A DNA stretch of 64,000 nucleotides from assembly GCA_964016885.1 (NCBI GenBank), contig OZ024742.1:317750001-317814000 (forward strand). The letters are read 5' to 3'. Below are positions 19,435 to 35,100 of the stretch, one piece after another. A program made the position numbers and the translations under genes. Every line of letters begins with the position of its first letter. Position 1 is the first letter of the stretch. The DNA comes from Eledone cirrhosa (Eukaryota). The notes under the pieces are model-generated. The model was not told where the DNA came from and searched no databases. It saw nothing but the letters and a program-made list of their open reading frames with translations.

Positions 19435-19959
19435 TGTCTTTCAATCTACTCTCCCACAACCACCATCTCTTTCTGTCTATCTTTCTTATGAAAGTACCCG
19501 GAAAAAACTCGTATCTCGGGATCCCGTGCTCCGATTTACGCGAAACTTGTTTTATTCCATTTGTATTCCCATTTTAGTATTTTCCCATTATGCGCCCTTT
19601 TGGTTGTATTACATTATAGACAAGCACACAATCACAGAGCTTTAGTAGTATAATTATAGATGTATTAGGAAATAGAGTTAGTATGGTATTTAATACAACG
19701 TATTCGTTTATTTCCCAATGTAGCTTAAGGAGAGCAAGTGAATAAGGTTGATGAAATTTTCTACGGCAATTAATACACTGGCTAATATTAATTACGACAA
19801 TAAGATTTAGCTATTGGGGGAACTGTTGTTAGTGAAGTGAACTAGATTATTTACAATGTTCCGTTTAATGTACCGCATACAGTTTCAAATACGGTTCATT
19901 GATAGACGAAAACTAGTTTCTAGTTTTCAATGTGTAATTAAAAGAACTTGGTACTTAGT

Positions 19960-20290
19960 CCCTCCAGTACAGTTGTCCGGTACATCAGTCAGCAAGAAGT
20001 CTCCAATCGTCCCATTTATCGGTCACCTGCTTCATCCTATGCGATGTTAAATTGCTTTAAGTCTTCTTTGAAAGTATCACACCATATATCCTCTAGTCTT
20101 TCCGTTATCCTTTTTCCTTTTTCTTTTCCTTTTTCCTTTTTCCTTTTTCCTTTTTCCTTTTTCCTTTTTCCTTTTTTCTTTTTTTCCTTTTTCCTTCTGG
20201 TGGTACCTTTATCAGTACAGTTCTGGTTCTATGGCATTCAGAAAACACGCTCTACATGTCCCATTCTGCTTACAGAAACATAATAAATCC
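19960..20290 (-). mobile_element. Degraded RTE-type LINE 3' coding remnant interrupted by (TTTTCC)n
   Basis: Minus-strand translation fragments MGHVER, VLIKVPPEG, RKRLEDIWCDTFKEDLKQFNI and AGDR. Confidence 0.55.
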
Positions 20291-22079
20291 GTTTAACTGA
20301 CAACATGACGGATTTTGTAGGGGGGAAACCTATGGTTAATTGAATCATTCTTAATATAATAGTGAACTGAGATTTCTTCAGCTTTTCATGGCAGGAATAT
20401 TAATAAAATTATGACTTCTATACGTTTGCACCGAACAAAGAGCGATCTAATTTGAATACTCAACCACTTAATGTTAATTCACGAGTCGAGCGTTCCGTTG
20501 GTCAAAAGACTGAATGTTCATCGTCGAAACTGATGAAGGTTCAATCAACCTCAACTTCAATGTTTAAGCTTGTAGAATCAAATATGGATATGCTGGAAAG
20601 CGGTTGCAACAGGGCATTATATACCACATGACCGTATCATTGGTCTGTGAAAGACTCTTCTTATCTCAATATTGTCAGACTAAACACTGCCCTCTTCCTC
20701 GAAGAAAATAATATTCAGATTGAATAGTGATTAATGACTGTGACACTCAGATGAAGTAGTTTCATGCTGTATTTTAATACAATTGTAGGTGAATGTTCTT
20801 TAAATAAATGTCATTGTTTAACCTCAGATTAACCCTGATTAAGTAAACCTATGATCAGTGATGTTCCAGTCATAATCCTCCCGTCTTTCTCCAGCATAAT
20901 GTACCTAGAGTTACATTATCTAATGCGTCCTTTTTTTAACACATTAAGATATGATTTGAAGGCTGTTTTAAAGGAAATTCGAAATAGGGTAAAGAATATG
21001 TCAAGAAGCTTTTAATGGGTGAGAATATGATATATTGTGGTATGGTGTGGTGTATAGTGCACTGCAGTGTAGTTCTAGTTTAGAAGGATACAATTCGATA
21101 TTATATAGTGTGTAATTATGTAATATAACATGTATAGAATGCTCTGGAATAATAGGGTCCTGTGGTATATGACAGTGTGTTGTGATGAGATGTTGAGTAT
21201 TTGTGATAAAGTTTCGTGTATGGTTTTGACTGTTGACGCAGTATTGTCAAAGGGTTATATCCAAAAGCTACTAGATATAATTAACTTTATCATTGTAGAG
21301 CTCTTTTTAGTTATATCAAAAATGCGAAAGAATTATCAATAGAATATAACAGCAAGAATCAATAGAAAAGTTTTGAACATAATATAAGGTCACAATGATG
21401 AGGTCCCGAGCTAGAAATCACTGCGTCATTTACCAAGGTTTCGGGTTGACTTAAGCCTTGTAAGTAAAATTGGGTAGACGGAATTCTTTGGAAGACCGTC
21501 GGACGGGTTGTACCTGTGATTCAAACGTCCACCCTGTGCCTTACACTCCCTTTGTAATTATGTTATGAGTAAACGTATATATGGAATGCTCAGCCACTTG
21601 CACGATAATTTCATGAACCTGCTGTTCCGTCGATTGAACAAATGGAACACTTATCGTTGAAACCGATGAGGGTCCATTCAATGGTCAGGACAGATAAACT
21701 ATGGCATGTTGGTGAGGGGTAGTTTTATATCAAAGAATGCTGAGAAGAAACGGATCAGTCAACAACAATCATAGTTATCTCCTTTGCCAATACTGAATCA
21801 AATAATGTTTTCTTTGTATTTTGATTCGACTTTTTTTTTAATCTCGTTTTTCTTTTCTTTATTTCTTCCAGACTATTTCCTTCCCGCTATCAATCTACCA
21901 ATCTGTCTGGCTGTTTATCTATCTAGCAATTTTTAGATTTGTCAATATGTAGATTTGTGTCTGTCTGTTTATCTACCTATTACTCTATTTATCATTTTAT
22001 CTGTGTAACTCTGTCTCCCTCATTAAGCATGTGTCTCCGATTTCTGTCCCCCTGCCTTTGTGTCTATCAGATTAACTCC

Positions 22080-22082
<3 letters not shown>

Positions 22083-22168
<86 letters not shown>

Positions 22169-22215
22169 GTCTCTCCCTCTCTCATCTACTCTTCTCTATA
22201 TTTACTCTTTATTTG

Positions 22216-22249
<34 letters not shown>

Positions 22250-22413
22250 ATATGTGTGTGTGTGTGTTTGGCTGTGTGTGTGTGTATGTTCGTCTGTGAC
22301 TTAACTTGGGTGTCTCTTTATTGAACAGACGATCTATTTTCCCTATTTTTGCCTTATCTGTTACTCGAAATCTCTCTCTGCCTACTATCTATCTAGGTAT
22401 AGTCACATCTATT

Positions 22414-22511
<98 letters not shown>

Positions 22512-22808
22512 CGCGCGTGTGTGCGTGCGCGCGTGTGTGTATAAATAGATGTGATTATACTTAGATAGATGATATATATATATGTATGTATGCATGCATG
22601 CATGTATGTATGTATGTATATATATATATATATATATACATATGTACATATATATATATGTACATATATATATATACATATATATATATGGATATATGTA
22701 GAAGTTCTATTTAAATTGTTGGGATACAACAAGCAAATATTTTTATATATAGATAGATATATAAATAGAGAGATAGACTATGACATATAGACAGAGTGGG
22801 AGGGGGAT

Positions 22809-22882
<74 letters not shown>
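22083..22882. repeat. Compound microsatellites (CT)n/(GT)n/(TA)n
   Basis: Direct reading. Confidence 0.95.
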
Positions 22883-22886
<4 letters not shown>

Positions 22887-23124
22887 CTATCTAACTGTTT
22901 CACAATGAATCTATTATTTCATCTATCATATCTTTATCTGACCGTTTCTGACCTATTCTGTCTCTGTCTCATCTATTTTGTTTCCATCTGTAATTTCTCT
23001 GCGTAGAGTGTCTATCACAGCAAGTGTTTATAACCACCGAAGTAGGAGTGTATAAATACACAAGTGTTTGTATATGTACAGTAAGTGCCCATACCAACAT
23101 GCTAAAATGTCTTTAAAAGGCGGA

Positions 23125-26100
23125 GTGTCTATAGACACAGTGTCTATATCTACTGTGTCAATATTCAGTGTCAATATCCACAGTGTCTATAGCCACAGTG
23201 TCTATATCTACTGTGTCAATATTCAGTGTCAATATCAACAGTGTCTATATCTACTGTGTCAATATTCAGTGTCAATATCCACAGTGTCTATAGCCACAGT
23301 GTCTATATCTACTGTGTCAATATTCAGTGTCAATATCCACAGTGTCTATAGCCACAGTGCGTATATCTACTGTGTCAATATTCAGTGACAATATCCACAG
23401 TGTCTATATCTACTGTGTCAATATTCAGTGTCAATATCCACAGTGTCTATAGCCAGTGTCTATATCTACTGTGTCAATATTCAGTGTCAATATCCACAGT
23501 GTCTATAGCCACAGTGTCTATATCTACTGTGTCAATATTCAGTGTCAATATCCACAGTGTCTATAGCCACAGTGTCTATATCTACTGTGTCAATATTCAG
23601 TGTCAATATCCACAGTGTCTATAGCTACAGTGTCTATATCTACTGTGTCAGTATTCAGTGTCATTATCCACAGTGTCTATAGCCACAGTGTCTATATCTA
23701 CTGTGTCAATATTCAGTGTCAATATCCACAGTGTCTATAGCCACAGTGTCTATATCTACTGTGTCAATATTCAGTGTCAATATCCACAGTGTCTATAGCC
23801 ACAGTGTCTATATCTACTGTGTCAATATTCAATGTCAATATCCACAGTGTCTATATCTACTGTATCAATATTCAGTGTCAATATCCACAGTGTCTATAGC
23901 CACAGTGTCTATATCAACTGTGTCAATATTCAGTGTCAATATCCACAGTGTCTATAGGCACAGTGTCTATATCTACTGTGTCAATATTCAGTGTCAATAT
24001 CCACAGTGTCTACATCTACTGTGTCAATATTCAGTGTCAATATCCACAGTGTCTATAGCCACAGTGTCTATATCTACTGTGTCAATATTCAGTGTCAATA
24101 TCCACAGTGTCTATATCTACTGTGTCAATATTCAGTGTCAATATCCACAGTGTCAATGTCCACAGTGTCTATATCTACTGTGTCAATATTCAGTGTCAAT
24201 ATCCACAGTGTCTATAGCCACAGTGTCTATATCTACTATGTCCATATTCAGTGTCAATATCCAGAGTGTCTTTAGCCACAGTGTCTATATCTACTGTGTC
24301 AATATTCAGTGTCAATATCCACAGTGTATATATCTACTGTGTCAATATTCAGTGTCAATATCCACAGTGTCTATAGCCATAGTGTCTATATCTACTGTGT
24401 CAATATCCAGTGTCAATATCCACAGTGTCTATATCCACAGTGTCTATATCTACTGTGTCAATATTCAGTGTCAATATCCATAGTGTCTATAGCCACAGTG
24501 TCTATATTTACTGTGTCCATATTCAGTGTCAATATCCACAGTGTCTATAGCCACAGTGTCTATATTTACGGTGTCCATATTCAGTGTCAATATCCACAGT
24601 GTCTATAGCCACAGTGTCTATAACTACTGTGTCAATATTCAGTGTCAATATCCACAGTGTATATAGCCACAGTGTCTATATCTACTGTGTCAATATTCAG
24701 TGTCAATATCCACAGTGTGTATAGCCACAGTGTCTATATCTACTGTGTCAATATTCAGTGTCAATATCCACAGTGTCTATAGCCACAGTGTCTATATCTA
24801 CTGTGTTAATATTCAGTGTCAATATCCACAGTGTCTATAGCCACAGTGTCTATATCTACTGTGTCAATATTCAGTGTCAATATCCACAGTGTCTATAGCC
24901 ATAGTGTCTATATCTACTGTGTCAATATTCAGTGTCAATATCCACAGTGTCTATATCTACTGTGTCAATATTCACTGTCAATATCCACAGTGTCTATAGC
25001 CACAGTGTCTATATCTACTGTGTCAATATTCAGTGTCAATAACCACAGTGTCTATAGCCATAGTGTCTATATCTACTGTGTCAATATTCAGTGTCAATAT
25101 CCACAGTGTCTATATCTACTGTATCAATATTCAGTGTCAATATGAAGAGTGTCTATAGCCACAGTGTCTATATCTACTGTGTCAATATTCAGTGTCAATA
25201 TCCACAGTGTCTATAGCCACAGTGTCTATATCTACTGTGTCACTATTCAGTGTCAATATCCACAGTGTCTATAGCCACAGTGTCTATATCTACTGTGTCA
25301 ATATCCACAGTGTCAATGTCCACAGTGTCTATATCTACTGTGTCAATATTCAGTGTCAATATCCATAGTGTCTATATCTACTGTGTCAATATTCAGTGTC
25401 AATATCCACAGTGTCTATAGCCACAGTGCGTATATCTACTGTGTCAATATTCAGTGTCAATATCCACAGTGTCTATAGCCACGGTGTCTATATCTACTGT
25501 GTCAATATTCAGTGTCAATATCCAGAGTGTCTATAGCCACAGTGTCTATATCTACTGTGTCAATATTCAGTGTCAATAGCCACAGTGTCTATAGCCACAG
25601 TGTCTATATCTACTGTGTCAATATTCAGTGTCAATATCCACAGTGTCTATAGCCACAGTGCGTATATCTACTGTGTCAATATTCAGTGTCAATATCCACA
25701 GTGTCTATATCTACTGTGTCAATATTCAGTGTCAATATCCACAGTGTCTATAGCCAGTGTCTATATCTACTATGTCAATATTCAGTGTCAATATCCACAG
25801 TGTCTATAGACACAGTGTCTATATTTACTGTGTCAATATTCAGTGTCAATATCCACAGTGTCTATAGCCACAGAGTCTATATCTACTGTGTCAATATTCA
25901 GTGTCAATACCCACAGTGTCTATAGCCACAGTGTCTATATCTACTGTGTCAATATTCAGTGTCAATATCCACAGTGTCTATAGCCACAGTGTCTATATCT
26001 ACTGTGTCAATATTCAGTGCCAATATCCACAGTGTCTATAGCCACAGAGTCTATATCTACTGTGTCAATATTCAGTGTCAATATCCACAGTGTCTATAGC

Positions 26101-29100
26101 CACAGTGTCTATATCTACTGTGTCAATATTCAGTGTCAATATCCACAGTGTCTATAGCCACAGTGTCTATATCTACTGTGTCAATATTCAGTGTCAATAT
26201 CCACAGTGTCTATAGCCACAGTGTCTATATCTACTGTGTCAATATTCAGTGTCAATATCCACAGTGTCTATAGCCACAGTGTCTATATCTACTGTGTCAA
26301 TATTGAGTGTCAATATCCACAGTGTCTATAGCCACAGTGTCTATATCTACTGTGTCAATATTCAGTGTTAATATCCACAGTGTCTATAGCCACAGTGTCT
26401 ATATCTACTGTGTCAATATTCAGTGTCAATATCCACAGTGTCTATAGCCACAGTGTCTATATCTACTGTGTCAATATTGAGTGTCAATATCCACAGTGTC
26501 TATAGCCACAGTGTCTATATCTACTGTGTCAATATTCAGTGTTAATATCCACAGTGTCTATAGCCACAGTGTCTATATCTACTGTGTCAATATTCAGTGT
26601 CAATATCCACAGTGTCTATAGCCACAGTGTCTATATCTACTGTGTCAATATTCCGTGTCAATATCCACAGTGTCTATAGCCACAGTGTCTATATCTACTG
26701 TGTCAAAATTCAGTGTCAATATCCACAGTGTCTATAGCCACAGCGTCTATATCTACAGTGTCAATATTCAGTGTCAATATCCACAGTGTCTATATCTACT
26801 GTGTCAATATTCAGTGTCAATATCCACAGTGTCTATAGCCACAGTGTCTATATCTACTGTGTTAATATTCAGTGTCAATATCCACAGTGTCTATAGCCAC
26901 AGTGTCTATATCTACTGTGTCAATATTCAGTGTCAATATCCACAGTGTCTATAGCCACAGTGTCTATATCGACTGTGTCAATATTCAGTGTCAATATCCA
27001 CAGTGTCTATAGCCACAGTGTCTATATCTACTGTGTCAATATTCAGTGTCAATATCCACAGTGTCTATAGCCACAGTGTCTATATCTACTGTGTCAATAT
27101 TCAGTGTCAATATCCACAGTGTCTATATCTACTGTGTCAATATTCAGTGTCAATATCCACAGTGTCTATAGCCACAGTGTCTATATCTACTGTGTCAATA
27201 TTCAGTGACAATATCCACAGTGTCTATATCTACTGTGTCAATATTCAGTGTCAATATCCACAGTGTCTATAGCCACAGTGTCTATATCTACTGTGTCAAT
27301 ATTCAGTGTCAATATCCACAGTGTCTATAGCCACAGTGTCTATATCTACTGTGTCAATATTCAGTGTCAATATCCACAGTGTCTATAGCCACAGTGTCTA
27401 TATCTACTGTGTCAATATTCAGTGTCAATATCCACAGTGTCTATATCTACTGTGTCAATATTCAGTGTCAATATCCACAGTGTCTATATCTACCGTGTCA
27501 ATATTCAGTGTCAATATCCACAGTGTCTATAGCCACAGTGTCTATATCTACTGTGTCAATATTCAATGTCAATATCCACAGTGTCTATATCTACTGTGTC
27601 AACATTCAGTGTCAATATCCACAGTGTCTATAGCCACAGTGTCTATATCTACTGTGTCAATATTCAGTGTCAATATCCACAGTGTCTATAGGCACAGTGT
27701 CTATATCTACTGTGTCAATATTAAGTGTCAATATCCACAGTGTCTACATCTACTGTGTCAATATTCAGTGTCAATATCCACAGAGTCTATAGCCACAGTG
27801 TCTATATCTACTGTGTCAATATTCAGTGTCAATATCCAAAGTGTCTATATCTACTGGGTCAATATTCAGTGTCAATGTCCACAGTGTCTATATTTACTGT
27901 GTCAATATCCACAGTGTCTATAGCCACAGTGGCTATATCTACTGTGTCAATATTCAGTGTCAATATCCACAGTGTCTATAGCCACAGTGTCTATATCTAA
28001 TGTGTCAATATTCAATGTCAATATCCACAGTGTCTATATCTACTGTGTCAATATTCAGTGTCAATATCCACAGTGTCTATAGGCACAGTGTCAATATTCA
28101 GTGTTAATATCCACAGTGTCTATAGCCACAGTGTCTATATCTACCGTGTCAATATTCAGTGTCAATATCCACAGTGTCTATATCTACTGTGTCAATATTC
28201 AGTGTCAATATCCACAGTGTCTATAGCCACAGTGTCTATATCTACTGTGTCAATATTCAATGTCAATATCCACAGTGTCTATATCTACTGTGTCAATATT
28301 CAGTGTCAATATCCACAGTGTCTACATCTACTGTGTCAATATTCAGTGTTAATATCCACAGTGTCTATAGCCACAGTGTCTATATCTACCGTGTCAATAT
28401 TCAGTGTCAATATCAACAGTGTCTATATCTACTGTGTCAATATTCAGTGTCAATGTCCACAGTGTCTATATCTACTGTGTCAATATTCAGTGTCAATATC
28501 CACAGTGTCTATAGCCACAGTGTCTATATCTACTATGTCCATATTCAGTGTCAATATCCAGAGTGTCTTTAGCCACAGTGTCTATATCTACTGTGTCAAT
28601 ATTCAGTGTCAATATCCACAGTGTCTATAGCCACAGTGTCTATATTTACTGTGTCAATATTCAGTGTCAATATCCACAGTGTCTATAGCCACAGTGTCTA
28701 TAACTACTGTGTCAATATTCAGTGTCAATATCCACAGTGTATATAGCCACAGTGTATATATCTACTGTGTCAATATTCAGTGTCAATATCCAGATTGTCT
28801 ATAGCCACAGTGTCTATACCTACTGTGTCAATATTCAGTGTCAATATCCACAGTGTGTATAGCCACAGTGTCTATATCTACTGTGTCAATATTCAGTGTC
28901 AATATCCACAGTGTCTATAGCCACAGTGTCTATATCTACTGTGTTAATATTCAGTGTCAATATCCACAGTGTCTATAGCCACAGTGTCTATATCTACTGT
29001 GTCAAAATTCAGTGTCAATATCCACAGTGTCTATAGCCACAGTGTCTATATCTACTGTGTCAATATTCAGTGTCAATATCCACAGTGTCTATAGCCACAG

Positions 29101-32100
29101 TGTCTATATCTACTGTGTCAATATTCAGTGTCAATATCCACAGTGTCTATAGCCATAGTGTCTATATCTACTGTGTCAATATTCAGTGTCAATATCCACA
29201 GTGTCTATATCTACTGTGTCAATATTCACTGTCAATATCCACAGTGTCTATAGCCACAGTGTCTATATCTACTGTGTCAATATTCAGTGTCAATATCCAC
29301 AGTGTCTATAGCCATAGTGTCTATATCTACTGTGTCAATATTCAGTGTCAATATCCACAGTGTCTATATCTACTGTGTCAATATTCAGTGTCAATATCCA
29401 CAGCGTCTATAGCCACAGAGTCTATATCTACTGTGTCAATATTCAGTGTCAATATCCACAGTGTCTATAGCCACAGTGTCTATATCTACTGTGTCAATAT
29501 TCAGTGTCAATATTCAGTGTCAATATGCAGAGTGTCTATAGCCACAGTGTCTATATCTACTGTGTCAATTTTCAGTGTCAATATCCACAGTGTCTATAGC
29601 CACAGTGTCTATATCTACTGTGTCACAATTCAGTGTCAATATCCACAGTGTTTATAGCCACAGTGTCTATATCTACTGTGTCAATATTCAGTGTCAATAT
29701 CCACAGTGTCTATAGCCACAGTGTCTATATCTACTGTGTCAATATTCAGTGTCAATATCCACAGTGTCTATATCTACTGTGTAAATATTCAGTGTCAATA
29801 TCCACAGTGTCTATAGCCACAGTGTCTATATCTACTGTGTCAATATTCAGTGTCAATGTCCACAGTGTCTATATTTACTGTGTCAATATTCAGTGTCATT
29901 ATCCACAGTGTCTATAGCCACAGTGTCTATATCTACTGTGTCAATTTTCAGTGTCAATATCCACAGTGTCTATAGCCACAGTGTCTATATCTAATGTGTC
30001 AATATTCAATGTCAATATCCACAGTGTCTATATCTACTGTGTCAATATTCAGTGTCAATATCCACAGTGTCTATAGGCACAGTGTCAATATTCAGTGTTA
30101 ATATCCACAGTGTCTATAGCCACAGTGTCTATATCTACCGTGTCAATATTCAGTGTCAATATCCACAGTGTCTATATCTACTGTGTCAATATTCAGTGTC
30201 AATATCCACAGTGTCTATAGCCTCAGTGTCTATATCTACTGTGTCAATATTCAATTTCAATATCCACAGTGTCTATATCTACTGTGTCAATATTCAGTGT
30301 CAATATCCACAGTGTCTACATCTACTGTGTCAATATTCAGTGTTAATATCCACAGTGTCTATAGCCACAGTGTCTATATCTACCGTGTCAATATTCAGTG
30401 TCAATATCCACAGTGTCTATATCTACTGTGTCAATATTCAGTGTCAATGTCCACAGTGTCTATATCTACTGTGTCAATATTCAATGTCAATATCCACAGT
30501 GTCTATAGCCACAGTGTCTATATCTACTATGTCCATATTCAGTGTCAATATCCAGAGTGTCTTTAGCCACAGTGTCTATATCTACTGTGTCAATATTCAG
30601 TGTCAATATCCACAGTGTATATATCTACTGTGTCAATATTCAGTGTCAATATCCACAGTGTCTATAGCGACAGTGTCTATATCTACTGTGTCAATATCCA
30701 GTGTCAATATCCACAGTGTCTATATCCACAGTGTCTATATCTACTGTGTCAATATTCAGTGTCAATATCCACAGTGTCTATAGCCACAGTGTCTATATTT
30801 ACTGTGTCAATATTCAGTGTCAATATCCACAGTGTCTATAGCCACAGTGTCTATAACTACTGTGTCAATATTCAGTGTCAATATCCACAGTGTATATAGC
30901 CACAGTGTCTATATCTACTGTGTCAATATCCAGATTGTCTATAGCCACAGTGTCTATATCTACTGTGTCAATATTCAGTGTCAATATCCACAGTGTGTAT
31001 AGCCACAGTGTCTATATCTACTGTGTCAATATTCAGTGTCAATATCCACAGTGTCTATAGCCACAGTGTCTATATCTACTGTGTTAATATTCAGTGTCAA
31101 TATCCACAGTGTCTATAGCCACAGTGTCTATATCTACTGTGTCAATATTCAGTGTCAATATCCACAGTGTCTATAGCCACAGTGTCTATATCTACTGTGT
31201 CAATATTCAGTGTCAATATCCACAGTGTCTATAGCCATAGTGTCTATATCTACTGTGTCAATATTCAGTGTCAATATCCACAGTGTCTATATCTACTGTG
31301 TCAATATTCAGTGTCAATATCCACAGCGTCTATAGCCACAGAGTCTATATCTACTGTGTCAATATTCAGTGCCAATATCCACAGTGTCTATAGCCACAGT
31401 GTCTATATCTACTGTGTCAATATTCAGTGTCAATATTCAGTGTCAATATGCAGAGTGTCTATAGCCACAGTGTCTATATCTACTGTGTCAATATTCAGTG
31501 TCAATATCCACAGTGTCTATATCTACTGTGTAAATATTCAGTGTCAATATCCACAGTGTCTATAGCCACAGTGTCTATATCTACTGTGTCAATATTCAGT
31601 GTCAATATCCACAGTGTCTATATCTACTGTGTCAATATTCAGTGTCAATATCCACAGTGTCTATAGCCACAGTGTATATATCTACTGTGTCAATATTCAG
31701 TGTCAATATCCAGATTGTCTATAGCCACAGTGTCTATACCTACTGTGTCAATATTCAGTGTCAATATCCACAGTGTGTATAGCCACAGTGTCTATATCTA
31801 CTGTGTCAATATTCAGTGTCAATATCCACAGTGTCTATAGCCACAGTGTCTATATCTACTGTGTTAATATTCAGTGTCAATATCCACAGTGTCTATAGCC
31901 ACAGTGTCTATATCTACTGTGTCAAAATTCAGTTTCAATATCCACAGTGTCTATAGCCACAGTGTCTATATCTACTGTGTCAATATTCAGTGTCAATATC
32001 CACAGTGTCTATAGCCACAGTGTCTATATCTACTGTGTCAATATTCAGTGTCAATATCCACAGTGTCTATAGCCATAGTGTCTATATCTACTGTGTCAAT

Positions 32101-35100
32101 ATTCAGTGTCAATATCCACAGTGTCTATATCTACTGTGTCAATATTCACTGTCAATATCCACAGTGTCTATAGCCACAGTGTCTATATCTACTGTGTCAA
32201 TATTCAGTGTCAATATCCACAGTGTCTATAGCCATAGTGTCTATATCTACTGTGTCAATATTCAGTGTCAATATCCACAGTGTCTATATCTACTGTGTCA
32301 ATATTCAGTGTCAATATCCACAGCGTCTATAGCCACAGAGTCTATATCTACTGTGTCAATATTCAGTGTCAATATCCACAGTGTCTATAGCCACAGTGTC
32401 TATATCTACTGTGTCAATATTCAGTGTCAATATTCAGTGTCAATATGCAGAGTGTCTATAGCCACAGTGTCTATATCTACTGTGTCAATTTTCAGTGTCA
32501 ATATCCACAGTGTCTATAGCCACAGTGTCTATATCTACTGTGTCACAATTCAGTGTCAATATCCACAGTGTTTATAGCCACAGTGTCTATATCTACTGTG
32601 TCAATATTCAGTGTCAATATCCACAGTGTCTATAGCCACAGTGTCTATATCTACTGTGTCAATATTCAGTGTCAATATCCACAGTGTCTATATCTACTGT
32701 GTAAATATTCAGTGTCAATATCCACAGTGTCTATAGCCACAGTGTCTATATCTACTGTGTCAATATTCAGTGTCAATGTCCACAGTGTCTATATTTACTG
32801 TGTCAATATTCAGTGTCATTATCCACAGTGTCTATAGCCACAGTGTCTATATCTACTGTGTCAATTTTCAGTGTCAATATCCACAGTGTCTATAGCCACA
32901 GTGTCTATATCTAATGTGTCAATATTCAATGTCAATATCCACAGTGTCTATATCTACTGTGTCAATATTCAGTGTCAATATCCACAGTGTCTATAGGCAC
33001 AGTGTCAATATTCAGTGTTAATATCCACAGTGTCTATAGCCACAGTGTCTATATCTACCGTGTCAATATTCAGTGTCAATATCCACAGTGTCTATATCTA
33101 CTGTGTCAATATTCAGTGTCAATATCCACAGTGTCTATAGCCTCAGTGTCTATATCTACTGTGTCAATATTCAATTTCAATATCCACAGTGTCTATATCT
33201 ACTGTGTCAATATTCAGTGTCAATATCCACAGTGTCTACATCTACTGTGTCAATATTCAGTGTTAATATCCACAGTGTCTATAGCCACAGTGTCTATATC
33301 TACCGTGTCAATATTCAGTGTCAATATCCACAGTGTCTATATCTACTGTGTCAATATTCAGTGTCAATGTCCACAGTGTCTATATCTACTGTGTCAATAT
33401 TCAATGTCAATATCCACAGTGTCTATAGCCACAGTGTCTATATCTACTATGTCCATATTCAGTGTCAATATCCAGAGTGTCTTTAGCCACAGTGTCTATA
33501 TCTACTGTGTCAATATTCAGTGTCAATATCCACAGTGTATATATCTACTGTGTCAATATTCAGTGTCAATATCCACAGTGTCTATAGCGACAGTGTCTAT
33601 ATCTACTGTGTCAATATCCAGTGTCAATATCCACAGTGTCTATATCCACAGTGTCTATATCTACTGTGTCAATATTCAGTGTCAATATCCACAGTGTCTA
33701 TAGCCACAGTGTCTATATTTACTGTGTCAATATTCAGTGTCAATATCCACAGTGTCTATAGCCACAGTGTCTATAACTACTGTGTCAATATTCAGTGTCA
33801 ATATCCACAGTGTATATAGCCACAGTGTCTATATCTACTGTGTCAATATCCAGATTGTCTATAGCCACAGTGTCTATATCTACTGTGTCAATATTCAGTG
33901 TCAATATCCACAGTGTGTATAGCCACAGTGTCTATATCTACTGTGTCAATATTCAGTGTCAATATCCACAGTGTCTATAGCCACAGTGTCTATATCTACT
34001 GTGTTAATATTCAGTGTCAATATCCACAGTGTCTATAGCCACAGTGTCTATATCTACTGTGTCAATATTCAGTGTCAATATCCACAGTGTCTATAGCCAC
34101 AGTGTCTATATCTACTGTGTCAATATTCAGTGTCAATATCCACAGTGTCTATAGCCATAGTGTCTATATCTACTGTGTCAATATTCAGTGTCAATATCCA
34201 CAGTGTCTATATCTACTGTGTCAATATTCAGTGTCAATATCCACAGCGTCTATAGCCACAGAGTCTATATCTACTGTGTCAATATTCAGTGCCAATATCC
34301 ACAGTGTCTATAGCCACAGTGTCTATATCTACTGTGTCAATATTCAGTGTCAATATTCAGTGTCAATATGCAGAGTGTCTATAGCCACAGTGTCTATATC
34401 TACTGTGTCAATATTCAGTGTCAATATCCACAGTGTCTATATCTACTGTGTAAATATTCAGTGTCAATATCCACAGTGTCTATAGCCACAGTGTCTATAT
34501 CTACTGTGTCAATATTCAGTGTCAATATCCACAGTGTCTATATCTACTGTGTCAATATTCAGTGTCAATATCCACAGTGTCTATAGCCACAGTGTCTATA
34601 TCTACTGTGTCAATATTCAGTGTCAATATCCACAGTGTCTATATCTACTGTGTCAATATTCAGTGTCAATATCCACAGTGTCTATAGCCAGTGTCTATAT
34701 CTACTGTGTTAATATTCAGTGTCAATATCGACAGTGTCTATATCTACTGTGTCAATATTCAGCGTCAATATCCACAGTGTCTATAGCCACAGTGTCTATA
34801 TCTACTGTGTCAATATTCAGTGTCAATATCCACAGTGTCTATAACCACAGTGTCTATATCTACTGTGTCAATATTCAGTGTCAATATCCACAGTGTCTAT
34901 AGCCGCAGTGTCTATATCTACTGTGTCACTATTCAGTGTCAATATCCACAGTGTCTATTGCCACAGTGTCTATATCTACTATGTCAATATTCAGTGTCAA
35001 TATCCACAGTGTCTATAGCCACAGTGTCTATATCTTATGTGTCAATATGCAGTGTCAATATCCACAGTGGCTATAGCCACAGTGTCTATATCTGCTGTGT

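Noticed and set aside
20520-20545. GAAACTGATGAAGG hammerhead-like string
   Set aside because: The boxes are in the wrong arrangement, and it is a mutated SINE 3' end (CGTCGAAACCGACG).
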